From Micrococcales bacterium (GTDB lineage Bacteria > Actinomycetota > Actinomycetes > Actinomycetales > CAWJMD01): DNA of 64,000 nucleotides. The position numbers and the translations under genes are program-made. This document shows, piece by piece, positions 44,806 to 53,529 of this stretch. The DNA is taken from positions 3,851 to 67,850 of the forward strand of contig PDSI01000220.1 in assembly GCA_002748415.1 (NCBI GenBank), in the 5' to 3' direction. The number at the start of each line of letters is the position of its first letter. Position 1 is the stretch's first letter. The notes beneath the pieces are model-generated. The model made no database searches. It had not been told where the DNA came from and saw only the letters and a list, made by a program, of their open reading frames with translations.

Positions 44806-46706
44806 GAGATCTCTCCGCTCGGCACGTCGCCTGCCCGGTCCCGGATCCGCAACCCCCATCCCTGGGCGGCTTCGAAGCTGTCCCACAACCGCCGGTACCG
44901 GCCGTCGCGGTTCACCAGGTCCTCGTGCGTCCCGGTCTCGCAAACCCGGCCGCCGTCCAGCACGACGATCTGGTCCGCGTCCTGAATGGTCGACAGCCGG
45001 TGTGCGACGACGATCAGTGTCTTGCCCTGGGCGAGTTGTGCCAGGGCGGTATGGATCTTGGCTTCGTTGTCGGGATCAGCGAAGGCGGTGGCCTCGTCGA
45101 GCACGACGATGGGGTTGTCCTGCAGGATGGCCCGGGCGATCGTAATGCGTTGCCGTTCGCCACCGGACACTGCCACGCCACGCTCCCCGACCATACTGTC
45201 GTAGCCGTCGGGCAGATCCGCGACGATGAATTCGTGCGCCTGGGCTGCGGTCGCGGCCGCGATCACCTCCTCGTCGGTGGCCCCGGGCCGGCCCAGCCGG
45301 ATGTTGGCCGCGACGGTGTCGTTGAGCAGGAACGGGGACTGGAATACGAACGAAACGTGGCCCATCAACGTGTCAGCGGTCAGGTCCCGTACGTCGACCC
45401 CACCGATCCGCACGGCCCCCGCATCGACATCCCAGAACCGGACGATCAGTTGCGCCACCGTGCTCTTGCCGGCACCGGACGGCCCGACCAGCGCTGTGAC
45501 GCTGCCGGCCGGGACGGTGACGCTGACCCCGTCCAGTGCGTTGTCCTCCCGGTCCGGGTAGGCGAACGTCACGGCGTCCAGCTGCACCGACGCATCGCGC
45601 GGAGAGGCCCCCTCCTGCGCTTGCGGTAGCGCCGGCACGGCCCGCAGCGCCCCGATCCGTTTCACGGCCGCGTTGGCGTTGAGGATGAACTGTTGTAGCC
45701 ACACGATGGGGATGATCGACTCGGCGACGGTGGGCGCCAGCACCACGAACATCAACAACTCGGGCAGGTCCAGCGTGCCCGCCCGGTAGAAGACGGTCCC
45801 TGCGGCCAGGACCACCACGGCGGTGGGCAAGGCCACCAGCAGGGCCCGGGCGATGTGGCCGCCCACTTGCGACCTGGCGGTCCAGGCCTTCACCACCTCG
45901 GTAGCCCGGTGCAGTGCCTCGGTGTAGCGGCGCAACGACCCCGATCCGTCATCGAAGGTCCGCACCACGTGCATACCCTGCACGTACTCGATGATCACGG
46001 CGCTGATGTGCTCGTTGGCCTCATCCACGGTCCGGCGGGCCACGTCGTAGTCGCGGAAGGCGAGCCGCATGCCGACGAACGCCAGCGGGAACAGCGCCAG
46101 CGACACCAGCGCCATCCGCCAGTCGATCACGAACATCGCAACCAGGCACAACAGCGGGGTGGCCACCGACTTGGCGAACAGCGGCGTACTGTCGGCGACG
46201 AACGCGTGCAAAGCCCGGACATCGTCGAGCAGGAGCTTCTTCAACGCGCCGGAACCGGTCGAGACCACGTAGCCCAGTGGCACTTTCGCCAGGTGATCCG
46301 ACAGCTCGCCGCGCAGGATCACCTCCAGCCGGTACGCCGACAGGTGCGAAACCAGGAACGAGGTGACCCGGAACACGAACGCGCACACCACGAGGCCCAG
46401 CGCGATCCCGAAGAGCGTCCAGGTGCGCCCGGTGTCGGGATCGTCGCGGACGAGTTCGGTGGCGATGGGCCAGAACAGCATGATCGAGGCGACCCACGAC
46501 ACCGCGCCGAGCAACGACAGTCCCATCGCCGCGCCGATGCCGACCTTGACCGGGGCGATGATGCTCCACAGCCCGGGCTCCTGGGCCGGGATGCGCGCCT
46601 CCTTGCGGACGGGCTGCCCGCCCTCGGGTTGGTCGGCACCGGGTTGGTCGGTACCGGGCGTAACGGTGAGGTCTTCGCTGTGCCTGAGTGCGCTGGGTCT
46701 ATCCAT
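44799..46706 (-). CDS. ABC transporter, fused permease/ATP-binding half-transporter, partner 1
   Basis: TMD plus NBD with GPSGAGKST, VSGGERQRITIARAIL and IVVLDEATAFAD. The N-terminal extension of about 50 aa is Pro/Gly/Gln-rich. RBS aaggac lies upstream of ATG 46704-46706. Confidence 0.85.
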   Translation of the reverse strand: MDRPSALRHSEDLTVTPGTDQPGADQPEGGQPVRKEARIPAQEPGLWSIIAPVKVGIGAAMGLSLLGAVSWVASIMLFWPIATELVRDDPDTGRTWTLFGIALGLVVCAFVFRVTSFLVSHLSAYRLEVILRGELSDHLAKVPLGYVVSTGSGALKKLLLDDVRALHAFVADSTPLFAKSVATPLLCLVAMFVIDWRMALVSLALFPLAFVGMRLAFRDYDVARRTVDEANEHISAVIIEYVQGMHVVRTFDDGSGSLRRYTEALHRATEVVKAWTARSQVGGHIARALLVALPTAVVVLAAGTVFYRAGTLDLPELLMFVVLAPTVAESIIPIVWLQQFILNANAAVKRIGALRAVPALPQAQEGASPRDASVQLDAVTFAYPDREDNALDGVSVTVPAGSVTALVGPSGAGKSTVAQLIVRFWDVDAGAVRIGGVDVRDLTADTLMGHVSFVFQSPFLLNDTVAANIRLGRPGATDEEVIAAATAAQAHEFIVADLPDGYDSMVGERGVAVSGGERQRITIARAILQDNPIVVLDEATAFADPDNEAKIHTALAQLAQGKTLIVVAHRLSTIQDADQIVVLDGGRVCETGTHEDLVNRDGRYRRLWDSFEAAQGWGLRIRDRAGDVPSGEISC

Positions 46707-46783
46707 GATGTGTCCTTACTGTCTTGGTCGTCCTCCTGTAGTGAGCATCGTTGTGGCGGCGTCCCGGACCGGTGAGCGCCGCC

Positions 46784-47635
46784 CTATCCGGATTGCCAGT
46801 GGCGCAGTGAGCGGACGCACAGCACGCCGGACACGGTGATGAGCGCCGCCGACCAGCCCGCCGCCAGGAGCAGCTCCCCGAGCAGTTCCTCACCGCGCGC
46901 CAGCCGGTCGAGCAGCACCACGTAGGCAGATCCCGGGTTCCACCGCACGAACGGTTGGAAGGCCTCCGGGTAGGCATCCAGTGGAACCATTCCCTGCGAG
47001 CAGAACAGCAGCACCAGGAACAGCGCGTTGAGCGGCGGCAAGAAGGACTCCATCGACCTGGCCACCGCGGCCAGGAACAACCCGACCCAGGTGAATGTGA
47101 CTGCCGCCAGCGCTGCGACGGCGAGGAAGCCGAGCGCCGCCGGCCACCCAGCCTGGAACCGGAAACCGGCGACGATTCCCGCGATGCACAGCGTCACCAC
47201 GGTGACCGAGGCTCGCACGGCTTCGGCCACGCTGATCCCGACCAGCGGGGCGCCCAGGGGAGTGGACAAGGCCCGGATGCGGGTGAAGAACCCGTTGCGT
47301 AGATCGGTGAACAACAGGACCGCGGCACCTGAGGACCCGAACATGATCCCGGACAGGATCATCACCGGAACCAGGCGTTGCGCATAGGGCTCACCGGCCG
47401 GCACATCCGGTTGTGCTGCGGTGAACTGTTCCACCGCGGTGGAGAAGACGGCGAGCATCGTGAGCAGCAGCACGATCGGGAAGATGACCGTCTGTACCAC
47501 CGTCTCCGGCCGGCGCACGACGTGGCGCATCGCGCGCCCGGTGAAAACGCTGCTGGCCGTCAGCATCGTCGATCCGGTACCGGCCGGCGCAGCTGCGGGT
47601 ACCGCGCCGGCCGTCATGTTCGGCGATCCCGTCAT
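46784..47635 (-). CDS. ABC-2 type transporter permease
   Basis: Six hydrophobic helices. FTGRAMRHVVRRPETVVQTVIFPIVLLLTMLAVF is a typical ABC-2 N-terminus. The ATG overlaps the upstream stop (ATGA at 47632-47635). Confidence 0.75.
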   Translation of the reverse strand: MTGSPNMTAGAVPAAAPAGTGSTMLTASSVFTGRAMRHVVRRPETVVQTVIFPIVLLLTMLAVFSTAVEQFTAAQPDVPAGEPYAQRLVPVMILSGIMFGSSGAAVLLFTDLRNGFFTRIRALSTPLGAPLVGISVAEAVRASVTVVTLCIAGIVAGFRFQAGWPAALGFLAVAALAAVTFTWVGLFLAAVARSMESFLPPLNALFLVLLFCSQGMVPLDAYPEAFQPFVRWNPGSAYVVLLDRLARGEELLGELLLAAGWSAALITVSGVLCVRSLRHWQSG

Positions 47636-48393
47636 GACACCCGCCCCATCCGCCATGTGCCGATGAGCCCGAACATCACGATGAGCCCGAACGACCAGGC
47701 CAGGGATTGCGCTGTCGTGGTGGCGATGTCGCCGTTACCGGCCAGAGCACGCAACGCATCGATGGTGGCGGTGACCGGCTGGTGGCGGGCCAGCGGCTGA
47801 AACCAGCCGGGGAAGTTGCTCACGGGGACGAAGCCCGAAGACAGCATCAGCAGCGGCAGGTACGGCAGCGAGGCGATTGTGACGGCGGCTGCCGGGGAGC
47901 TGGCCAGGTGGCCGATCAGCCCCATCGCCAGCGCCGCGGCCAGGGCGAAGGCCACTGCCACCGCCACGTAGGCCGGCAGCCAACCCCAGCCCGCGGTGAA
48001 CCGCATGCCGGCCGCGATCCCCACGGCCAGCAGCACCAGCACCGACACGCAGGCTCGGGCCAGGTCAGCCAGTGACCGGCCCACCAGCGGTGCCACCGCG
48101 GCGATCGGCATGGACCGGAATCTGGCGCCCAGCCCGTTGTGCCGGTCCTCGGCAATGAAATAGGCCGATGACATCGCGGTGAAGAATGCGGCCTGCACCA
48201 CGATCGTGGACGGCAGCAGTTGCTGGTAGTCGAACCCCTGCGCCTGCATCACCTTCTGCATCACCAGCATGAACAAGCCGAAGAACAACAACGGGAACAT
48301 CACCGCACCCATGACCGACGCGGGGTTGCGCCGCATTTTCAGGAAGGCGCGCCGGCCGAGCAGCGCGGATCCCCGCAGCGCCGGTGCGCTCAC
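47632..48393 (-). CDS. ABC-2 type transporter permease
   Basis: GRRAFLKMRRNPASVMGAVMFPLLFFGLFMLV, followed by further TM helices. The GTG overlaps the ATPase stop (GTGA at 48390-48393). Confidence 0.75.
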   Translation of the reverse strand: MSAPALRGSALLGRRAFLKMRRNPASVMGAVMFPLLFFGLFMLVMQKVMQAQGFDYQQLLPSTIVVQAAFFTAMSSAYFIAEDRHNGLGARFRSMPIAAVAPLVGRSLADLARACVSVLVLLAVGIAAGMRFTAGWGWLPAYVAVAVAFALAAALAMGLIGHLASSPAAAVTIASLPYLPLLMLSSGFVPVSNFPGWFQPLARHQPVTATIDALRALAGNGDIATTTAQSLAWSFGLIVMFGLIGTWRMGRVS

Positions 48394-49361
48394 GAAGCCA
48401 CCTCGGCCGGCTGCGGGGCCCCTTGGTCGGTGAGCTGCAGGAAGACGTCGTCCAGGCTCGGCGTGCGCACGCTGACATCGGCAAGCGCGATCCCGGCCTC
48501 CTGGGCACGCAACACGATGGGAGCCAGATGGCCCGATCCGCCGCCCGCGACGACCACGCCGCCGGTTTCCACCTCCACCGTGGTGGGGCCGATGCCGGCC
48601 AAGGCGGCGGCCAGGCCGGCCAGGTGATGTGCCTCGGCGGGCACGGCCACTGCGGAACTGCCACCTGCGGTCGCTTTCAGTTCCTCCGGCGTCCCTTTCG
48701 CGATCACCATGCCCTTGTCGATGACGATGATGCGTTCGGCCAGCTGGTCGGCTTCCTCGAGGTACTGGGTGGTCAGCACGATGGTGAGCCCGTCCGCGCG
48801 CAACTGGCGCACCACGTCCCACAGTTCGTTGCGGCTGCGCGGGTCCAGGCCGGTGGTGGGCTCGTCCAGGAACACCACCTCGGCAGGCACCACCAGACTC
48901 GCGGCCAGGTCGAGGCGACGTCGCATGCCACCGGAGTAGGTGCGGACCAGTTTTCCTGCGGCGTCGGTGAGGGCGAACTCCTCCAACAGCTGCGCGGACC
49001 GCTGTTGGGACTGCGAGCGCGACAGTCCGCGCAGCCGGCCGAACAGCACGAGATTCTCCGACCCGGTCAGCGCCTCGTCGACGGCGGCGAATTGGCCTGT
49101 CAGCGCGATCGCCGAACGCACCTCGTGCGGCTGCGCCAGCACGTCGTGCCCGGCCACGACGGCCGTTCCGGAGTCGGGCCGCAGCAGTGTCGCCAGGATG
49201 TTGATGGCGGTGGTCTTGCCGGCGCCGTTGGGCCCGAGCATGCCGAGGACCTCCCCACGGGCCACCGAAAAGCTCAGCCCGTCCAGGGCGGTGACGTCGC
49301 CGAACCGTTTGACCACGTTCTCGACGACCAGCGCCGGCCGCGGCCCTGGACTCCCCTGCAT
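48390..49361 (-). CDS. ABC transporter ATP-binding protein (DrrA/ABC-2 type)
   Basis: ENVVKRFGDVTALDGLSFSVARGEVLGMLGPNGAGKTT, YSGGMRRRLDLAASL and VVFLDEPTTGLD. The start is ATG 49359-49361; an alternative is ATG 49371-49373. Confidence 0.85.
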   Translation of the reverse strand: MQGSPGPRPALVVENVVKRFGDVTALDGLSFSVARGEVLGMLGPNGAGKTTAINILATLLRPDSGTAVVAGHDVLAQPHEVRSAIALTGQFAAVDEALTGSENLVLFGRLRGLSRSQSQQRSAQLLEEFALTDAAGKLVRTYSGGMRRRLDLAASLVVPAEVVFLDEPTTGLDPRSRNELWDVVRQLRADGLTIVLTTQYLEEADQLAERIIVIDKGMVIAKGTPEELKATAGGSSAVAVPAEAHHLAGLAAALAGIGPTTVEVETGGVVVAGGGSGHLAPIVLRAQEAGIALADVSVRTPSLDDVFLQLTDQGAPQPAEVAS

Positions 49362-49379
49362 TTGGTTAGGCATGCCTAA
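49361..49379. promoter_or_regulatory. IdeR/DtxR-like iron box (15/19 to TTAGGTTAGGCTAACCTAA) containing the perfect palindrome TTAGGCATGCCTAA
   Basis: TTTGGTTAGGCATGCCTAA read at 49361-49379, at the 5' end of the ABC operon and 76 bp from the divergent TetR start. A second small palindrome, gtcagtcgctgac, lies at 49389-49401. Confidence 0.5.
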
Positions 49380-49454
49380 TACGCTAGTGTCAGTCGCTGA
49401 CAGTTGGCAAGAGAGCCAGCTCGACTGCGATACGAACGATGTCAGGATGGACGG

Positions 49455-50051
49455 ATGCATACGGTGGATGCGACCACGCTGGGGGTTGCCGACCGGCTGT
49501 TCGCTGTCGCGATGGAACAGTTCGTCGCCAACGGCTACGACAACGTCACCACTACCGATATCGCTGAGGCAGCGGGGGTTTCACAGCGCACGTTGTTCCG
49601 CCACTACCCGACCAAGATGGATCTGCTGTTGCGGGACACGCAGGCATCGACCGATGAGTTCTTCGCCCTGCTGGCCAGCCAGCCGGCACGCCTGCCGTTG
49701 CACCGGGCGCTCGCCGCAGCCATTGCGCAGCAGAGCATGGACCCGGCGGCGACGGCACAGGCGGCCCGGCTGAGCGCGGTGATTCGCGACGCGACCAGCC
49801 TGCGCGGCTTCGTCGTCGCCTACCTGCAGCAGTTCGAACGCCGGCTGGCCGCCTGGATCGCCGAACGGCAAGGCCTGCAGCCGGAGGACTTCCGGGCGCG
49901 CACCGCCGCGGCAATGCTCACCGCCGCTCGGCGGGTGACGATGGAGGAATGGCACCGCATCGGCAGCGCGCCCGAGGCGATGATGCCACTGGTCGAGGAG
50001 GCGCTGACCACCGTCGACCTCATCGTGGCCACCGGGGTGCCGCAGCCATGA
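49455..50051 (+). CDS. TetR family transcriptional regulator
   Basis: LGVADRLFAVAMEQFVANGYDNVTTTDIAEAAGVSQRTLFRHYPTKMDLL is a canonical TetR HTH. It is divergent from the ABC operon. The ORF opens at 49404; ATG 49455 is preferred. Confidence 0.85.
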   Translation: MHTVDATTLGVADRLFAVAMEQFVANGYDNVTTTDIAEAAGVSQRTLFRHYPTKMDLLLRDTQASTDEFFALLASQPARLPLHRALAAAIAQQSMDPAATAQAARLSAVIRDATSLRGFVVAYLQQFERRLAAWIAERQGLQPEDFRARTAAAMLTAARRVTMEEWHRIGSAPEAMMPLVEEALTTVDLIVATGVPQP

Positions 50052-50166
50052 CACGCGACCTGGGCGCCGGCCTGACCCGGCGCAACGAACCGGCCGGATA
50101 CCGCACGACGTGGGCTCGGGGTGTCGAGCGATGCTTGGCATCGCGAGGTCCGGGAAAGGACAATCA

Positions 50167-50346
50167 ATGAACAGAAGCCGAAAAGCGGCACCCCTCGCCG
50201 TCCTGGCGTCAGCGATCGGGATAGGCGCAGCCACCGTCGCGAGCGAGGTCGAGTCTCCGGCTAGCTGGGTCGCGATGGTCGTCGCCCTCGCCGCACTCTT
50301 CGGCGCCGGGGCCGCACTGGGCGCGAGCATGAAGGGTGCGAAATGA
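50167..50346 (+). CDS. Possible small membrane protein (59 aa, two hydrophobic segments)
   Basis: ATG 50167 is preceded by ggaaagga. The product is MNRSRKAAPLAVLASAIGIGAATVASEVESPASWVAMVVALAALFGAGAALGASMKGAK. No family recognised. Confidence 0.3.
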   Translation: MNRSRKAAPLAVLASAIGIGAATVASEVESPASWVAMVVALAALFGAGAALGASMKGAK

Positions 50347-50635
50347 TCGATGTTGTCCTGAGGACCTCAGCGCTGCAGAAGGTGTAGCAGCTACCCGCTG
50401 TCGGTGCCTGCCTCAGCTTTGCCACTGACCGGGGCGGCGTCTTGGGTTGCCGGCTGCGGCTCATGAACCACTGGATTGGAACCATGGACAAGGCTTTCCT
50501 GCCTTGTATTCTTGGCAGGTTGACGACGAAGACGACGCCCCAGAACGGAATCGCCATGATGATGCGTTTCTCTGCAGTTCCCGATGCCGTTGGGTTTTCG
50601 TACCCGACCACGCACTGCAGCGAGCGGTGACGGCG

Positions 50636-51544
50636 ATGGGACACGACCACACTCACGACGTCGGCACCTCGCACCGCGGCAGGCTGGCCGTCGTCCTCAC
50701 CATCACGCTCGTGGTGATGATCTCGGAAGTCGTCGGGGCACTCGTCTCCGGCAGCCTCGCCCTGCTCGCGGACGCAGGACACATGCTGACCGATGCCACC
50801 GGCTTAGCGATGGCGCTGTTCGCGGCCTTCATGGTCCGGCGCCCGGCCACTCCCCGGCGCACCTGGGGCTATCACCGGGTGGAGATCCTGAGCGCGGCGG
50901 CGCAGGCACTGCTGTTGTTCGGCGTGGGGCTCTACGTGCTCGTCGAGGGCATCTCCCGGTTGCTCGACCCGACCCCGGTCACGTCGTCGATCATGCTGAT
51001 CTTCGGCGTGGTGGGGTTGGTCGGCAACGTGATCGGTCTCGTGGTGCTGCACGGCGGCAAGGGTGACAACCTCAACATGCGCGCGGCGTACTTGGAGGTA
51101 CTCGCCGATACGCTCGGTTCGGTCGCGGTGATCCTCGCGGCCGTCGTGATCGCGACGCTCGGCTGGACCAGGATTGACTCGATAGTGTCGCTGTGCATCG
51201 GGACGTTCATCGTGGTGCGGACGCTGCGGTTGTTGCGTGATTCGGTCGACATCCTGCTGGAATCCACTCCACCGCAGGTGAAACTCGATGAGGTCCGTGC
51301 ACACTTGATGGCCCTGCCGCATATCCACGACGTTCACGACCTGCACGCCAGCACGATCGCCACCGGGATGCCGGTGCTCAGCGCCCACCTCGTCGTGGAC
51401 GACTCGTGCTTCTACGACGGGCATCTACGGTCGATGCTCGACGACGTGCAACGCTGCGCGGTGGAGGATTTCGGCATCGAGCACACCACGTTCCAGTTCG
51501 AGGGAAAGCGGCACGCGGATCACGAAGGCGGTGTGCACGCCTGA
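50636..51544 (+). CDS. Cation diffusion facilitator (CzcD/ZitB-type) divalent metal efflux transporter
   Basis: MGHDHTHDVG (His-rich N-terminus), GSLALLADAGHMLTDA (TM2 HxxxD), AYLEVLADTLGS (TM5) and a C-terminal cytoplasmic domain. In-frame ATG at 50636. Confidence 0.85.
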   Translation: MGHDHTHDVGTSHRGRLAVVLTITLVVMISEVVGALVSGSLALLADAGHMLTDATGLAMALFAAFMVRRPATPRRTWGYHRVEILSAAAQALLLFGVGLYVLVEGISRLLDPTPVTSSIMLIFGVVGLVGNVIGLVVLHGGKGDNLNMRAAYLEVLADTLGSVAVILAAVVIATLGWTRIDSIVSLCIGTFIVVRTLRLLRDSVDILLESTPPQVKLDEVRAHLMALPHIHDVHDLHASTIATGMPVLSAHLVVDDSCFYDGHLRSMLDDVQRCAVEDFGIEHTTFQFEGKRHADHEGGVHA

Positions 51545-52047
51545 ACTCGGGGGTCCCGCGCCGCGACGACCGCCTGCGGGTTCTTCTCGGGCAGATCGCC
51601 GTAGACCACCACGCCGGCCTGCGGCAGGCGCGGCTGCGGTTGACCGGTGATCTCGGCCCATTCGCTTTGCAGGTCCATCAGCGGGGTGACGGGGTGACCG
51701 GCCTTCTTGGTGGCGGAGATGCTGGTGTCGCCGTTGGCACGCAGTGATCGCAGTACATCGGGGCTGTCCCAGGTCTCGTAGGTGACCTCGTCGGCGCCGT
51801 CCAAGGAGGTGTTCTGCTGTGCCATGACGGTGAACGGGGCGGAGAATGCGAGCGTCGACGGATGGTGGATGCGTGACTGGTCGAGCTGTTCAGTGTTGCC
51901 AGCGGCGACGGTGCTGCTGCGTTCCTCGGCGGAGCTGCCGGTTCCGTCATCGGTCGCGCCGCAGCCGCCTGCGAGCACCAGCAGGGCATAGGCCACCACA
52001 CCCGCCCCATTGTCACGATCCGCATGTGTCGGGCCACGATGTGTCAT
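51520..52047 (-). CDS. Putative lipoprotein (175 aa), possibly truncated
   Basis: VVAYALLVLAGGCGATDDG is a lipobox-like LAGGC. The 3' end overlaps the convergent CDF gene by 25 nt and ends in an odd tail (RDPRVQACTPPS). No family recognised. Confidence 0.5.
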   Translation of the reverse strand: MTHRGPTHADRDNGAGVVAYALLVLAGGCGATDDGTGSSAEERSSTVAAGNTEQLDQSRIHHPSTLAFSAPFTVMAQQNTSLDGADEVTYETWDSPDVLRSLRANGDTSISATKKAGHPVTPLMDLQSEWAEITGQPQPRLPQAGVVVYGDLPEKNPQAVVAARDPRVQACTPPS

Positions 52048-52066
52048 ATCTCATAGGGGATCACAT

Positions 52067-52085
52067 TTAGGTTAGGCTAGCCTGT
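52067..52085. promoter_or_regulatory. IdeR/DtxR-type iron box (16/19 match to TTAGGTTAGGCTAACCTAA)
   Basis: TTAGGTTAGGCTAGCCTGT read at 52067-52085. It fills most of the 42-bp gap between the divergent start codons at 52047 (lipoprotein) and 52090 (DUF2470-like). Confidence 0.6.
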
Positions 52086-52089
52086 CCGC

Positions 52090-52857
52090 ATGGCTTTTGC
52101 CCGTGGAGACAACGCCCGGCGCGCGCGTAGCGTCGTCATCACCGGTGCCATCGAGATCGGTGTGCCGGGGATGACCTATTCGGTATACCGCTCAGCAGTC
52201 GACCGCCACGGTTCGGTGTGGGCGCCGATCGACGACCTGGCCGGGCCCTGCGGCGACCGGCTACGTACCCACAGCCAGTCGCCGCTGCTGGACATGTGGG
52301 CGTGGGACATTTCCGACGTGCCACAACCCGACCGGCTGCGTGCGGTCATCCACCTGCGCGGGCAGGTGCGGCTGCCCAGGGACAACGAGGCGGACGCTCT
52401 GGTCTTGCACTGGGGCGAGGACGTGGCGTGTTTCACGCCGAAGATCGTGATCGCGAAGGTGAACTCACTGGGCCGAGGTCTTTCGACCAGTCACGTCATC
52501 GCGCTCAACTCCTACCGCTGCGCGACCGCGGACCCGTTGGCGGGCTGGGAAGGAGTGTGGATGAGACATCTCGCCCAGCACCACCAGAACGAGGTACGGC
52601 AACTGGCCCGCCACCACACCTGCCTGCGAAAGGAGGACGTGGTCAAGCCGCTCAGTGCCGACGAAGGAGGCCTGGTTCTGCGGGTGTACCGCGACGGCGA
52701 GGCAGAAGACGTTCCGGTCCCCTTCGCGGCACCCGTGCGTTCCAGCTGCGAAGCCGTCAGAGCCACCGAGACTCTCCTGGCGACCTGCGGCATGACACAA
52801 CCCCCCGACACAGGCATGGTCCGCGAGCTGTTCAGCAGAGGCGACAACCGCTCATGA
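52090..52857 (+). CDS. DUF2470-like protein (heme/iron-utilisation-associated family)
   Basis: 255 aa. The segment WMRHLAQHHQNEVRQLARH resembles the conserved H-rich helix of DUF2470 domains. An iron box lies immediately upstream. The family call is from memory and moderate at best. Confidence 0.55.
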   Translation: MAFARGDNARRARSVVITGAIEIGVPGMTYSVYRSAVDRHGSVWAPIDDLAGPCGDRLRTHSQSPLLDMWAWDISDVPQPDRLRAVIHLRGQVRLPRDNEADALVLHWGEDVACFTPKIVIAKVNSLGRGLSTSHVIALNSYRCATADPLAGWEGVWMRHLAQHHQNEVRQLARHHTCLRKEDVVKPLSADEGGLVLRVYRDGEAEDVPVPFAAPVRSSCEAVRATETLLATCGMTQPPDTGMVRELFSRGDNRS

Positions 52858-53529
52858 CCATTTCGGGGGAAGGGCACACGTGGCGAGGACATGCCGAACA
52901 GGTTCCCTGGGGCCGGCCGCCATAAGCAAGCGGGTCCTTCCTGGCAGACCGGAACTCACGCGCCGCTCGGGGGAGTGCGTGTCCGCCACCGGTACGTCCG
53001 CGCGGTCCGTATCGGCGGGCGAAGGCGCGCGCGGCAGCCACCGGTTTCCTGGCAACGTCATGCGACAGTCCCTGGCACCAGGACACATCCGACCGGTGCC
53101 GGGCCCTTCTGGACGCGGGCCCACGAGCACGCCGGCAACTGGGCGGCCCCGGCCAAGCCCAGAACACAGGCACGACAGTAGCCCGATGACATCCCGCTAC
53201 TCGGTGCTGGAGCGCGGCACCGACGCGGCGATCAGCGCCGCCTACTCCGCTGTGTCGGCCATGCCACCGAAACGGGACTGGTATCCGCAGTTCCCGGCCA
53301 CGGTCACCGAGGTCAGCGACCATTGCGGCCGCGAAGCGCCACCTGGTCAAGGAGTTACGCATGCCCCGACGCTCCATCATGGTCACCGGACTGTGGAGGG
53401 TGGGCCATGAACGTCGCTGAACCCGCGGCGGCGACAGCACCGCGATAGCTGCGCCCCGGTTCCTTCCCCGACCGGGAGCTCAGCTCGTGCTCAGTCGTGC
53501 GGCGCCCAGTCTTGACGTTGCAGGGGTTT

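Noticed and set aside
50347-50635. NiCo (czcD-motif) riboswitch upstream of the CDF gene
   Set aside because: The context is right, but I could not recognise the conserved four-way-junction core by eye. It is reported only as an unexplained leader.
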